Below are positions 1 through 52,869 of a stretch of DNA of 64,000 nt, one piece after another. Positions within the stretch are counted from its first letter, which is position 1. Each line of letters opens with the position of its first letter. Both the position numbers and the translations under genes were made by a program. The DNA lies in NCBI RefSeq assembly GCF_009914755.1, contig NC_060941.1; one strand, given 5' to 3'. This DNA is from the human T2T-CHM13v2.0 reference genome, Homo sapiens. The notes beneath the pieces are model-generated. The model had not been told where the DNA came from. It searched no databases and worked only from the letters and a program-made list of their open reading frames with translations.

Positions 1-480
1 CTCTCTAAAGCATCTCCTCCATCATGTCATTCACCTTGTGTCCAGGACAAAGACACAATATCACCTGGCACACAAGGCTCATCACCTTCCGTCAAACCAC
101 TTGACTCTTTCAGAGTCTTCCATCCAGCCACACTGGTTTCAAAATGGGCCTCTGAAAAGGCTGGGTGCCTTCCTGCCTCTGCCTCCACCTCCTTAAGGGT
201 CTCTCACTCGTAGAGCCTTCTGTATTGGGCTTTCAAGTCCCCTCTGATCCTGCACAGCCAAAGTGACCCCACCCCATGCACCCAGAGTCCTTTGCCCTCT
301 TTTCTCTCCTTACCCAGTCCACCCTCCACTCCTCTGCAGCAGAATTCTCCTGAGACTTGGATCTGATCTCTTGATATTCACCCGAAATTATTTAGTGGCT
401 ACTTGTGGTTGTAGAGTAAGGTCCAAATTCCAAAGCCTTTAAAATTCACAGCACATTCAGCTACACTTGAGTCCTCACTA

Positions 481-1105
<625 letters not shown>

Positions 1106-1506
1106 AATAATGTACCATGCCTTTCATGCTTCAAAGCTACTACACTGTTCTCTCTGCCTAGACTGCTCTTCTCTTCCTGATGAACAGCCTGGAATAGAGG
1201 AAGGGGTCGCTTTCATGTAATACCTAAGTTCAAACTTCAGCTCTGTTATTTACTAATCCAATGAACTTAGGCAAGTTTCTTAACTCTGTAAACTTCAGTT
1301 GCATGTAAGTAAAATGCAGATGATAGTATTTGTTTTGCAAAGATGTTCTGATACGACACAGTGTAATGTAGAAGTGTCCACACATGGTAGGTCCTCAATA
1401 GAGATTGCTTTTCTCATCTGTCAATGTTCAGCTCCAAAGACTTACTCTGTGAAACTGCTCCAGCTTCCCCCTATCCCCAGGGTGGTATTCTGTCTTTGGA
1501 ATAGCA

Positions 1507-1720
1507 TTTTAAAAAATTGTGATTAAAAAACCATAAATATAAAATTTACCACCGTAACCATTTTTAAGTGTACAGTTCAGCAATATTAAGTATATTCACA
1601 TTGCTGTGAAACAGATCTCCAGGGGTTTTCTTACCTTGCAAATCTGAAACTCTGTACCCATTAAACAACTCTGCCTCTCCACACCCCCATCCCCCCAACC
1701 CTGGAACAACATTTCTATCT
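1507..1720 (-). mobile_element. Old L1M 3'-end fragment
   Basis: AAAATTTACCACCGTAACCATTTTTAAGTGTACAGTTCAG...TATATTCACATTGCTGTG is typical of L1MA/L1MB 3' ends. Confidence 0.65.
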
Positions 1721-2354
1721 ATATCTCACTTGTAAGTGCCTTACGTATTACGGGCTGCCTTGCAGTAAGTTTAATTACGTATTTATGTGTCTCCTCCACT
1801 AAGTTTTGGGCTTCGTTAAGCCTAGGACCTTGTTTCATGCTTCCTTGTATTCCCACAGTACCCAGCACAATGCCAGCACATAGTAGGTGCTCAATAAGTA
1901 TTCATGGATTTGAATGTGACATTTGCCATTTATTGCCTTATTCTGACTTAACCGTGTGGGATGGGTGTATGTGGGCCTGTGTGTTATACTTTATAAACAC
2001 TATGGGGCAGAAATTGTGTCCAAAACATGGGAGGCAGCAGTGAAGATAACTCAGGCTCTGGCTTTAGGTAGATGTGGGTTTAAATCCTGTGACCTTAGGC
2101 AGACGGAACTTAACCTCTTTGAGCATTGGTTATCTTAATTCTACCATAGCAATATTAATGTGGGCCCCAGAAAGTTACTGGTGGTGTTAAATGTGATAAT
2201 ATACGCAAAGCAGCTGGTATATATACGCATCCTATGAATGTTAGCACCTTTCCTTCTAGGCTGTATTTCTCCTTACACCACACAGTGCCTGGAACACAAT
2301 AGGTATTTACTTGTTTTAGGTTGGTGGTTGGCAGGAGCAGTAGTGTGAAGGGTG

Positions 2355-5895
<3,541 letters not shown>

Positions 5896-6183
5896 TGATG
5901 CTTTCTGATCAACAAAACTGAGCAAGGAAGATCCCAACACTGAAGGGGTAGAAGGCCAGGGGGGCATGGAGAGTGCAGCTCCATTATAGTGAAGAGCCAA
6001 ACATATGTGAACTGTTTGCTGTGTGGAGGTGTTAGTTCTGCTGCCTACCATCTTCATCTCTAGCACCTCCCCTGCCAAGAGTCAACCACTAAGCAATCCC
6101 ACCCAAGCCTGGATGCTTCTAGAGGGGCCCACTCCCAGCTGGGAGAGTGTAGGGGATATGCTCACACCACATTAGCAGCAACC

Positions 6184-6189
6184 AATAAA
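6184..6189 (+). terminator. WNK4: WNK4 polyadenylation signal AATAAA
   Basis: First AATAAA downstream of the WNK4 stop codon. Confidence 0.85.
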
Positions 6190-6791
6190 AATGCTGGAAA
6201 CAAGAACGCCGTGAATCCATATGCCATGCCTTAGGAATTGGGGGAGCAAAGACTTGTGGGGTGAGGCAGGGGAGGATTTAAAAGGGACTTTCTTTTCACA
6301 ATGGGAGGCAGGGGTGGAAGCTGCCCAGCCCTCTGGCTTCCTGCCATCAGTTAATGAGGAAACTGCAAGGTCAGTGATCCACTTGACTAAGTTAGGATCC
6401 CCTCCAGACCCCACCCTAGACCTGTATAGGCAGGTACCAGGGAAAGTTAAAAGAATGAAGACTGCTTGTCTTTCACCCTTCATCCACCTCTCTCTCCCTC
6501 CCTCTCTCTGGGGATGGGAAAAGCAGTAGAGTTACAGTATGTTCTTGTGGGTAGAGGACAGAAGAGTGACCTTCCTTCCCCTAAGACGTGGGTTCAGTCT
6601 CAAACTGCCCAGTGATCTCTCCCTTAAATCAGGTGGAAAGATCTCATGGAAAAAGTAATTCTAGTTAAACATTTACAGCTCCCTGGGGCAATGCCACCAC
6701 TGCAGCTACTGCTTGTGAAGCTTTCCAGCATGAAGTGCCATATGCTGCCTCTCAGCCTCCATACTCACTTGACTCCAGGAGAATGACTCAG

Positions 6792-6797
6792 TTTATT
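6792..6797 (-). terminator. COA3: COA3 polyadenylation signal AATAAA (minus strand)
   Basis: TTTATT on the + strand ~400 nt beyond the COA3 stop codon. Confidence 0.75.
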
Positions 6798-7200
6798 ATT
6801 CTCAATTTGACCCTATGTATCCCACTGTAGGCTCAAACACTGCACAGAGCTGCCACGTCTAACCTCGTAACAACTGCGTCCCTGGAAGGTGAAGGGGGTA
6901 AACCACAAAGTCAGAAACTTTGGGAAAAGCCACGGTCGCATGCACACCTCTCAAACAAGGAAACAAACTACAAGAAAGGGCTCAGTCATTGTACACAGCA
7001 AGTGTGCAGTGGGCAAAGTTCTGTTCTTTTGACATTGGCCAAATGCGTAAGTCCCTGGTTTCTTGGGCTCAATCACGGTCCAAGGTTAGTAAGAAGGCCA
7101 ACAATGTTGTGAGCAGGATTCAATTTCTACAGGGTCATGGGGCATCATCCACCATGTGAAGGGGCTCCAGCAGGTTGGACATGATCAATACCCATCCAGA

Positions 7201-7821
7201 TTAGGACCCTGACGCCCTTGCCAGAGCTCGGGCTCGGGCAGCTTTGGCCTCGTCTTCTAGCTCATCTAGGAAACGCTCCTGGGAAATCGAGTAGAAGGTG
7301 TAACCATCTGGGGAGGTAGGTTCAGGAAACCACACAGAATATGCACATTCCCCTTTCCTAGATTTGCTCTACCACTCTTGTTACTCTCCCAAATCAGTGA
7401 TTCCGGCTTCCCGCCGCTGCTGTTTCTAAACCCTGAACCCCAATTCCGTTATTATTAATAAATCAAATTAAAAGAGTACCTTAGGAATAACAAAGGAAAG
7501 TACTACCCATTTTACCCCAAAATTAAACGGGTGGTTCAGCCCTCTTGCACACTCTGTTCCCCTGCCCCTATATGCGGTCCCCTTGAGTCTACAACACGGA
7601 CGGATACAAATAGCCAACACCAGGGCCCCGATGCCTAGGCCGGTCACGATGTTCCGGGTTCGCCGCCGTGGTAGGACCTTCTGCCACTGGGCAAGCTCCG
7701 CCTGCCGCATGGAATGCAGTTGCTCGGGTGTCAGCTTCTCCCGAGTCGGGTCGATACGCTGAGCGAACGGGGCCTCTCCACGCTTAGAATCCAGAGGGTC
7801 ACCAGCTCCCGAAGACGCCAT
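7201..7821 (-). CDS. COA3: Cytochrome c oxidase assembly factor 3 (CCDC56), 106 aa, two coding exons
   Basis: Exon 1 7821-7608 (214 nt) plus exon 2 7307-7201 (107 nt) = 321 nt. Translation [25 protein letters not shown]...[50 protein letters not shown], with one transmembrane helix. Confidence 0.97.
7308..7607 (-). other. COA3: U12-type (minor spliceosome) GT-AG intron of COA3
   Basis: Donor T|GTATCCGT (U12 consensus RTATCCTT); branch-site-like TTTCCTGAAC ends 12 nt before the exon; only a very short pyrimidine stretch. Confidence 0.85.
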
Positions 7822-8207
7822 GTTGCCACTCCTCCCTTCGCGGTGCCGCCGCGCGGGCCTCGCTGGGAACAGTAGCCCTTGGCCGCTGCAGTGGACTCTG
7901 GGAGTTGTAGTCCGCGTGCCCTTTGCGGGGCAGAGCCGCGGTTCCCGGGCACAGGGGATGGACGCGGGAGGTGAGAAGCGGACGTGCTTTCTGATTGGCT
8001 GAGGAGTCCGTGGCCGTTGGGGCGGGAAAAAGCTGTGGAGGGTTCGAGGCTGTGGTGGTAATTGGGTTTTCCTCAGACTTGAGGCGACGACACACTCATT
8101 GGAAGGGGACGAGGAATCCAGGGTGTGGCAGAAGACTGGAGAGGAGCTAAGGGGGTCGGTATGTGGATCCAGTGAACCCGTCCAGGTGCCCCAAGAGGCT
8201 CGTGAAT

Positions 8208-18674
<10,467 letters not shown>

Positions 18675-19296
18675 GGGAGGCTGAATCCACCAAATATAAA
18701 CAGCCATCCGTCACTGCACTCATGCCTCCCTCTGTTTACTTTCATACTAAGGGTACAAAAATTCCAAGTCTCTTTTGAACTGTATTTTGTATGCCAATTT
18801 CATGCTTATTTTTCCTTTATCAGAGAGAGTTAAGGTGGACGAGCATGCCCTTTTTGTCATATCAGCCTGAAAATGTTAAAAAGCTAGGTGGAGACAGATT
18901 AGTTGTTTCATTTTTGTTTAACAAGGTATTTATACTTTTAGCTTAATTTCATTAAGAGGAACATCAGGCATTGCAATCAGTATTAATCAGGGGCTCAAAT
19001 ACAGACTATCTGGGTGACCTTGACTAAGCATCAAGGAGGTAGCCTTTATTTCCCCTTAAAATTAGTTTAACATCTCTGTTCCATTATTCAGATCTACACA
19101 AACAAGGCTTCCTCAACAGCTATCTATTTTTACTAGAGTCTTTTTTTAAAACTAAAACTAACTCTAAAGAAGTTTCAACAGAATTTCCACATACCTGCAT
19201 TCATTAGAACTTGATTCTCCCAGAATACAAAGTACTCTATTTTAAAGAAAAACCCAACAGTGCACCCCTGGGCAGTTTTCAGACTGCAGCAAATCT

Positions 19297-19302
19297 TTTA
19301 TT
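19297..19302 (-). terminator. BECN1: BECN1 polyadenylation signal AATAAA (minus strand)
   Basis: TTTATT on the + strand ~600 nt beyond the BECN1 stop codon. Confidence 0.8.
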
Positions 19303-19793
19303 ACAAATAATTAAATCTCTCCATAATGTCTCAAACAGTATCAAACACCATTTCATATCTCTAACACAGAGCAGAGTCGGCATTCAGTATAAGAACCAAG
19401 TGAAAAGTGTTAAATTTCAAGCATCTGATCACATCACATGGTGACCAGGTAAAGCTTAGATGTCATTTTCCCACATTATCCAACTGTGCATCTCAAACAT
19501 ATCCTCATCTCAGTAAAGACAAAAGTTTCTATTTCATATTGTTAAGTGCAGGAAGTTGAGAGAGATAAAAATCCAGTGAAAACACATCAATCTCAATTCA
19601 ACTCAGTTAAAAAAAAGAAAAGCAAATTTAAATTAGTTTTTTTCAGAGAAGAAAGGGAAAGGAGTCCATGGGGTTAAGAATCAAAACTGACCAGGGCTGG
19701 CAACTATAGATGGCATGTTGTAGCTCTGGAAAGTATCTGTCACATGATATTTTAAAATAAAGTGGCTTTTGTGGATTTTTTCTTTTTTGGTAT

Positions 19794-19801
19794 TGTAAAC
19801 A
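19794..19801 (-). promoter_or_regulatory. BECN1: miR-30 family 8mer seed site (UGUUUACA) in the BECN1 3'UTR
   Basis: TGTAAACA on + reads UGUUUACA in the mRNA. Regulation of BECN1 by miR-30 is established. Confidence 0.75.
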
Positions 19802-19898
19802 TGTACTGTTTAATATTACCCGAATTTAATTTAAAACATGTTTGCAAACAAAACAAAATTAAAAGCCTTTAAGGCAAACCTCCCCCTAAGGAAAAAAG

Positions 19899-33082
<13,184 letters not shown>

Positions 33083-33239
33083 ACCACATGCCTTGGTGAC
33101 GATGGTAAAGGGAGGGAAGTCCCAACCTGCGCCGTTCCCTCTAGGAATGGTATGATACGGGGAGGACCTGCTTCCGGGACAGCCTGAGCAAAGGCAGTTT
33201 AGAGCCCAGGGTCAGGGAAGGGACTCCAATAAGAGCCGT

Positions 33240-33620
33240 GAGGGTTCCCAGACTCCCTTCTAAGGTCCCACCTCAGCCCCCGATGCTCTTCACCTCGGGA
33301 GCCCGGAGCCCGTCACCCAAGTCCGGTCTACCGCGGAGGCACTGTGGCCTCGGGTCGGCCCCGGAGCGAGGCCTCCAGAACTACCATCGCTCTGTCTTCA
33401 GCGACTTCCCGGTAGCCGCCGGAAAACTTCCGCCCGAGACCGGACGTGACGCTACGACGGCAGCAGGAGCTCCTGGTCCACAGGCTCACAGGCCCGGCAG
33501 CGGCCCCCAGAGGCCGGGCTGGGAAAAGCAGCGGGCTTCAGCGGATGAACAAGGTTACCACGGGAAGTGTAGGAGCCAAGGCCGCAGAGAATGGGGAGGC
33601 TCCGCTATTCTCTAAATTCA
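33240..33620 (-). promoter_or_regulatory. BECN1: BECN1 CpG-island promoter and non-coding exon 1 (donor GAG|GTGAAG at 33294/33293)
   Basis: CpG-rich; ETS-type CGGAAG motifs ~33404-33431; CRE-like GACGTGACG ~33443-33451; a second candidate donor GAG|GTGGGA at 33272. Confidence 0.8.
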
Positions 33621-33624
33621 GGGG

Positions 33625-35995
<2,371 letters not shown>

Positions 35996-36966
35996 TAGTT
36001 ACTTTTTTCTGAATTATGTTTGCATTCTTTGATTATTTAGGTATTGGATTATTAGTATTTTTCTCAGTATTTTTAGTAATTTTTCATGAATGCTTTAATT
36101 ATTTTCCAGATGTTCAGGAAGTTTTAAATTTTCAAGTCAAATCTGCTTATTTTTCTTGATGACTTATACTGCTTAGAAAGTTATTCCCACCTCCAGAAGT
36201 GTCTTTCTTTTCTTTTAAATGTATGTGGTTTCTTATAGTTGGTATTGGATGTGATATGTGGAACTAGATTGATTTTTCTCCCGGTTTTGTGACTAGGGAT
36301 AGTGTTTACAATCCTTCTTCCTCTTGGCTCTTTCAGCATGAAAGCCCCTTTAGGGGAGGTGACTGGAATCATCCCCAAAGAATTCTCACCTAGTCCTGGT
36401 GTGGCTGCTTCATAGTCCTGCGTTTCTTCCTGCTTGGCTGTCCCTAACATCTCAGAAACGCATAGAGAAGTAACGGGCTTCTAGAGAGGTAGGGGGTATA
36501 GTGTTACAACTGAGGATTTGGAAGTTGAGACCACCTGGTTCTTTACCATCCACTAACCATGTGACCTTATGCAATTTATTCAACTGTTCTGTGCTTTGTT
36601 TTCTTATTTACAAAATGAGATTAATAGTATACAGTAGTAAATATCATAAAGGGTAGTGTGATAAATGAGCTGATACATTTGGAATGGAGGGGAATGACTG
36701 TTACATAGTGAATGCTCTGTGTATCCTCACACTTGGGAAGTATATGTAATCAGTGTATGTAGTGCTTGAGGGATTGTGAATAATACACAACATATCCTCA
36801 GTCATCGATTCAACAGATGTTTATTGAGCATCTACTATGTGCCAGTCCCTATTCTAGGTCTGAGAGGATATACTGGTGAACTGCTCTAATAGTTTATATT
36901 CCAGAGGAGAGAATTTGACAGTAAACATGTAACCAAGTTAATAAGATAATTTCAGATAATGGCAGA

Positions 36967-37398
36967 TATTATGGGTTGAATGATGTCCCCCAAAAGATGT
37001 TGAAGTCCTAACATCTGGGACTAACACATGGGAATGTGACCTTTTTTGGAAATAGGATCGTTGCAGATGAGGTCATTGATGTTAGCCCTAGACCAATATG
37101 ACTGCGTCCTTATAAATAGGGGCAATCTGGACACAGAGACAGACATGTACCGTGTCTGAGGGAAGATGATGTAAAGAGACACAGGGTGATCTGTAAGCCA
37201 AGGAAGACCTGAGGCTACCAAAAGCCAGGAAAGAGGTCTGGAACAGATACTTCTCTGGCTCCCTTAGAAGGAACATGGTCCTGCTGACACCTTAATTTTG
37301 GATTTCTGGCATCCAGAACTCTGAGACAATATATTTCTTTGGTTCTAAGCCATCCACTTTGTGGTACTTTGCTACAGCAGCCCTAGAAAGCTAATACA
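36967..37398 (+). mobile_element. MLT1-family MaLR solo LTR
   Basis: Starts TATTATGGGTTGAATGATGTCCCCCAAAAGATGTTGAAGTCCTAA, contains GAATGTGACCTTTTTTGGAAATAGG, ends TTTGCTACAGCAGCCCTAGAAAGCTAATACA. Confidence 0.8.
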
Positions 37399-38289
37399 GT
37401 AGGTAAGAAGGTGATGTGATAGAGAGTAAGTGGGGGCAGGGTGGGAGGAGCTGCTTCAACTGGGGGATTCAGGAAGGCCTATGTTATCTGGAAACCACTG
37501 AGGGTGGTAAGTAGGGAAGAGACTTGACTGGCTGACTTAAAAAGAAACTATTTACGGGGGGATAGAATACATAGGGGAAAAGACACAAATCATACATGTA
37601 TTTTCAATGAATTTTTACAAAATGAACACGTCAATGTAACCAGTACCCAACTCCCTCTCCCATGCCACCCTCTAATTGATGCCCACCCTAAGGGCAAACA
37701 ATATTGTCAATTCTAACACCCTAGATTGAGTTTTGACTGTTTTTTGAATTTCATGTAAATGGAATCATACATGACATACTCTTGTTTCCTTTCGCTCATC
37801 ATGAGATTCACCCACCTTGTGTAGTTTTAGTTCATACATTCTCAATACTTTGTAGTATTCCATTGTGTGACTATATTAAAATATAGATATCTCTCTTGCT
37901 GTTAAGAGGCATCTGGGTAGTTTCCAGTTTGGTCTATTGTGAATAGTGTTGCTATGAACATTCTTGTTCATGTCTTTTGGTGAATATATTTATGCATTTC
38001 TCTTGGGTGGGTCCCTAGAGTTGAGGTTTCTGGGATCTCTCTCTCTCTCTTTCTCTTTCTCTCTCTCTCTTTAGGTATATTCAGCTTGAGTAGATGCTAC
38101 CATCTCTGTGGCTGACATATTAGCAGATTATTTTGAGCTGGCCTGGTGTGCACCTGTAATCCCAGCTCCTCAGGAGGCTGAGGCGGGAGGATCACTTGAG
38201 CCAGGAGTTCGAGACCAACTTGGACAACATAGCAAGACCCTGTCTCAGTCAGTCAATCAATCAATGATAAATTTTGGTGCTGAGTGAAG

Positions 38290-40300
<2,011 letters not shown>

Positions 40301-41538
40301 GTAAGCACCCAGAAATGAATAGTTATTGTTAAGTGTAGTGGTACTCTCCAGTTGTTCACTGAATAAACAAATGAATGGAGTATTATATTAAACACTTGGA
40401 TGGGGAGGAGGAAGGGAAATAAAGAGAATGTGTATCTGTCTTATAACCTACTTGAAGGAGACAAAACATAATTATTTGAGAACAAAGCATATTTTAACAG
40501 GCACAAACATATTAGCTTTTCCAGTTGATGTTATAAATTCTGACTGGAATAAGAATAGTGGCATACTTAAAATAGAATGGAGTAAATGTGGGAAATAATT
40601 CCTGAAGTTTCAAATCGGATCTCAAAAGTTCCCAGGGAAATGTGTTAACAGAAAACATGTAAAAGGGGGAAAACTGATAGAGCATGATGTTATATGTGGC
40701 CTTCTATAAGCTGAAAAGGACTTTGAGCTTGAAAGCAGGAATGGAAATAATTACTGTAATTTAAGGAGTAACCTCTTCATGCTAAGCATTAACAGATCAC
40801 TTACTTACCTGACAGTGGCTACTATTTATTTTGTGTCTAAGCACTGTGCTAATTGTTTTACATATATTATTTCTAATATTCACAACACTACAAAATTACA
40901 TACTATTATTTATTACTAATTATTAAAATTCCATCTTACAGATGAGGGAATCGAGACTCAGCATTTCAATAATTTGCCCAAGATTCCAGTTAGTAAGGAG
41001 CTGAGGTGGGATTTGAAGCCCAGGTCTCTGATCCCAAAGGCCATAGTCAGTCTTCTGTGCTTTACTCCATTTAATTGTGTATTCCCCTCATTTTCCTAGC
41101 ACTTAGTAGAGAGGCCAGCCTAGGATAAATGTTCAACAGCAAGAGCGACCCCAAAATACAAATCTGATGACCTCCTTTTGCACTTAATCTAGATTGTTTA
41201 CTAACAACCCTCCTCACCCTCAGCTCACTAGTCTTTGTCTTCAAGACAATCTCTTTCCTTCCCTAGAGCATTTGCCTGAGCTGCCCTTATACCTCTCAAG
41301 GCTCTTCTCACTCTTTCCATGCTAACCTCTTTATATCCTTTAGATCACAGCTTGCCTGTTCAGAGGCCTTCCTTGGCCATTCGATCTAAAATAGATCTCT
41401 CGTATTTTCTATGTCATCCACTTTTTCCCTAACATTTATCAAATTTTGCAGTTACCTTGTCAGTTTACTTTCTGGTGTTTTTCCAATATTATGCCCCATG
41501 GGACCAGCGACCTTGAATCTTGTTTGCCTTTGATTTCC

Positions 41539-41830
41539 CAGAGCTGTGCTCTTCAATACAGAAGCCAGCAGCCACATGTGGCTACTGAGCACTGTACTAC
41601 AAATGTGGTGTTGCCTTATTGAGATGTGCAGTTAAGTGTAAAATACGCACTGGATTTTGAAGACTTGGTATGAGAAAAGAATGCATAAGATCTCGATTTT
41701 TAAATGTTGATTACATGTTGAAATACTTGTATAAACTGGGTTAAATGTATGACTAAAATTTTCACTTGTTTTACTTTTTAATTGTGGCTACTAGAAGATT
41801 TCAACCTACATATGTGACTCACATATTTCT
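41539..41830. mobile_element. MER33-like hAT-Charlie DNA element
   Basis: AGCCACATGTGGCTACTGAGCACT...AGTGTAAAATACGCACTGGATTTTGAAGACTTGGTA...GTGGCTACTAGAAGATTT. Confidence 0.7.
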
Positions 41831-42770
41831 AGAATCTGACACAGTGCCCTGCCCCATTTTATTGAATGATATATCCAATGTCGAGAGAGAGAGATCGAAT
41901 GAATGGGTGCATGAAGAGGTATAGTCTCATGCTTCCACTAGGCAAATAGATACAGCACTGCCGTAGAAGTTAGGAGATCTGGGTTCTGGCTCAGGATGTA
42001 CTGGAAACGCCTTGGACAAGCCCTACCCTACTCTGGGGATCAATTTGCCAATTAGGTAGTTGATCTTTGAGGTCTGGAAGCTTACGAGAATCAGTTGGCA
42101 GGGAAATGTACCAGGAAAGCTTGGTACAACGGCGCTTGTCTTTTTCGCTCTAGCCTAAACACTTGAGCCTCGGCAAACGGGCAGAGGCAGCGGGAATCAG
42201 GGACTACACCCCCGAACCCAGTACCCGGGTCCCCGACTTCCCCGAGCCTACGTCACTGGGGCGCGACGGCGTTGTCCCCGGGAGTGCAGCGGCTGAGAAG
42301 GTCCCTTCGGTGAAGGCGAGTTCCGGGACAACAGAGAGGGCCGCACCGTTTCCGAGTCTCTCGGAGGCTCAGTTCTCAGCGCACCATTCCCCACAGCTCT
42401 CCTTTTTACTTTACCCCTACCCGACACTTGACCCCGGCAGTGTGAACCCCGCTGGGAGCGTCCAAAGCCATGCCTCATCGCGGCTGCGCAGCGCACGTGC
42501 ACAGCCTCGCAGGAGTCTCGGCGATTGGCTGTGACGCAGTTTCCGGCGTGAGCGGCGAAAGCCGGGAGGGCGAGCGAGAGAGCAAGCAGGCAGCAGGCTG
42601 CCGGCGGGCGGGCGGACGGCACAGAGGGAGGGAGCGAGCGAGCAGTGAGTAAGCCAGCAAGGGCGGTCGGGTCCCGAGGTCAGCCGAGATTTCTCAGGTC
42701 CCTCCGGCCCCCTCCCTGGAGTCCACAGCGCCTCCGGTGTCCAGAGGATCGGACACGGCCCGGCCCGGCC

Positions 42771-50717
<7,947 letters not shown>

Positions 50718-52869
50718 GGCCAGGGCCAGGGCCAGGGGACTCTGTGAGTCTGGCTCAAGACCGACATTGCCTTGGTTTGTTACATGACTATCGTGATGGG
50801 GAAACTGGCTGGAAATAGTAATCACACCTCTCTGTTTTTAGTTAGAGTCTAATGAAACTCTCATCTAGTTCTGTGATGTGTTTACCTCTTTTTTCAGGCC
50901 TCAGGAACTCTTCTATTTCCTTCCCTAATACCCCACACCCAACCTGTCGTAATTTCTGGAGAACTCCAGGTTTGTGTGTGCAGGATGTTGGCACAAAAAT
51001 ACCTGTGTTTTCATTCTCCCCCTCTCTCCCTCCTGTGTCTTGCGCTTTATGTTTTCTTCCGTTTGATAATTAGTTGGTTAAAAGCTGAGGGAACCGGAAG
51101 GAAAGTGCTAGGTGTTTTTTAGGAACTAGGGTGGCGGGGGGACGAACTTCTCTTCCTCACATGAGGTTACTGTTTCTTTCCTCTGTGGGGCATTGGATCC
51201 TCCCACAGTTGCCCTGGTGATGACTTAGGGCTTCCCATCTGTGTACATCCCACTTTGAATCTTGATCGTGACAAGAAATACCTTAGGCCTTCAGTCAATT
51301 CCGAAGCTCCTTCAGTTGTTTTTATAATGGGCGTTTTCACATGCACATATGTGTATGCATGTATACGCCCATACAGACATGCACACACAGACTCCTACTC
51401 CATTAGCTAACATACCCTCCCTCTCCACAACCCCTGTCACATACCTTTCAGGAGGTGACAGTTGTCTTAGTTGTCATCTACCCAGACAAACGTCCTGGGC
51501 CCGTCCTCCCTCCTGATACTGTAGCCTCTTGGTACCCAGGGTGAGTTGGTGGAGAACAGAGAGATGAGAAGCAGAGGGCTTGGGGAAAGCCTGTTCCTCT
51601 CTGACTCAGCCCTTTTTGGCATTATTGCAAGAGCTTGACTCCTGGTTGCCTTTTCCCAGCCAGTTTTCAGTTGGGGTGAAGGTTTCTGCAAGTGTGAGGT
51701 CCAGATGCTGCTGCTCATGTTGGGCTTTCCTTTTGGGAACTATTTCTCTTTATTTATAGTGTCGGGCTTCCGGGGAAAGCAATCATTGGTGTGTATGTGT
51801 ATGTGCATGCACACACGTGCATATACACATTTGTGTATGTGGAAATGTGCTGGGCAAGTCAAAACTATAGAAGAGTTGCCTCCTGTCTCTCGAATCTTCC
51901 AGAGATATCACTTAATTGTTAACAGCTTTTGTGTTAATCCCCTTCAGCCCCTAGCTCTTTTATTCTACCACGGCTGGAGAGTTGATACCTGCAGTCAGCC
52001 TGCCAGTGACTCTTAGTGTCTGTTTCTGACTTATTTTTCCTGTCTCTGTCTTCCAACCCCCAATAATATTTCCACCGGGGATGCATCATTTTTACTCCCA
52101 ATATTCTGTAGAGAGGGAGTCAGGATGCTGTCTTCCCACGAATAGTACTCAGTAACAAACCAATTGCATTTTAGTTGGGCAGTGCTCCCACCCACCCTCC
52201 AGATCCCTTCCAGCTAAAACCCTTCCCCCTTCCCTCCATGTGTTTCTCAGTTTCCCGTTTCGTTTGTTGGACTGTTCCACTGCCCCTCCTCCTCACCCTA
52301 TCACCCATGGATCGTAATGTAAAATTCTTTTACCATGTCAAGAAATTATTAAAAATACAGGTACTTTGACCTCTTTCTAAAGCCGCAGACCCTGGTGCAA
52401 TGCTCTGGTGGCTAGGGATGTACTCATGCTCATATGTGTGCACGCTTGGACACCCACCTCCATGGACACCTAGCCACCCTGTTGTGTGTCCTTATGCCAG
52501 TTGAGCTGAATCTTTTCCCCAGTATAGTGGAAAGACTGAGGCTTCTGCCTACTGAGCAAGGTTGGGTGCTTCATTTGTGTTCAGTCTGAATTATGGGAAA
52601 GTTAGCTCTTCCCAGACCTAAGCTGCCTTCTCTCCCTACTTTCAGAAGATCCTAGTTCCTTCCTTCCCGAGTGATACCCATGAACTGCCAGTAGAGGCTG
52701 CTATCGTTCCATGTGTAAGGAATGAACTGGTTCAAGGCGCGTCCTACCCAGTCATTTTCTTTACCTTATACTAATTCTTCCTGAATAATGTCTTCAGTTT
52801 CTTGAGGAGACTCCTAGTTTTGGTTTTCAAATTACTTGGAGGGCTGCCTAGGAATCTATCTCCCTCTGA

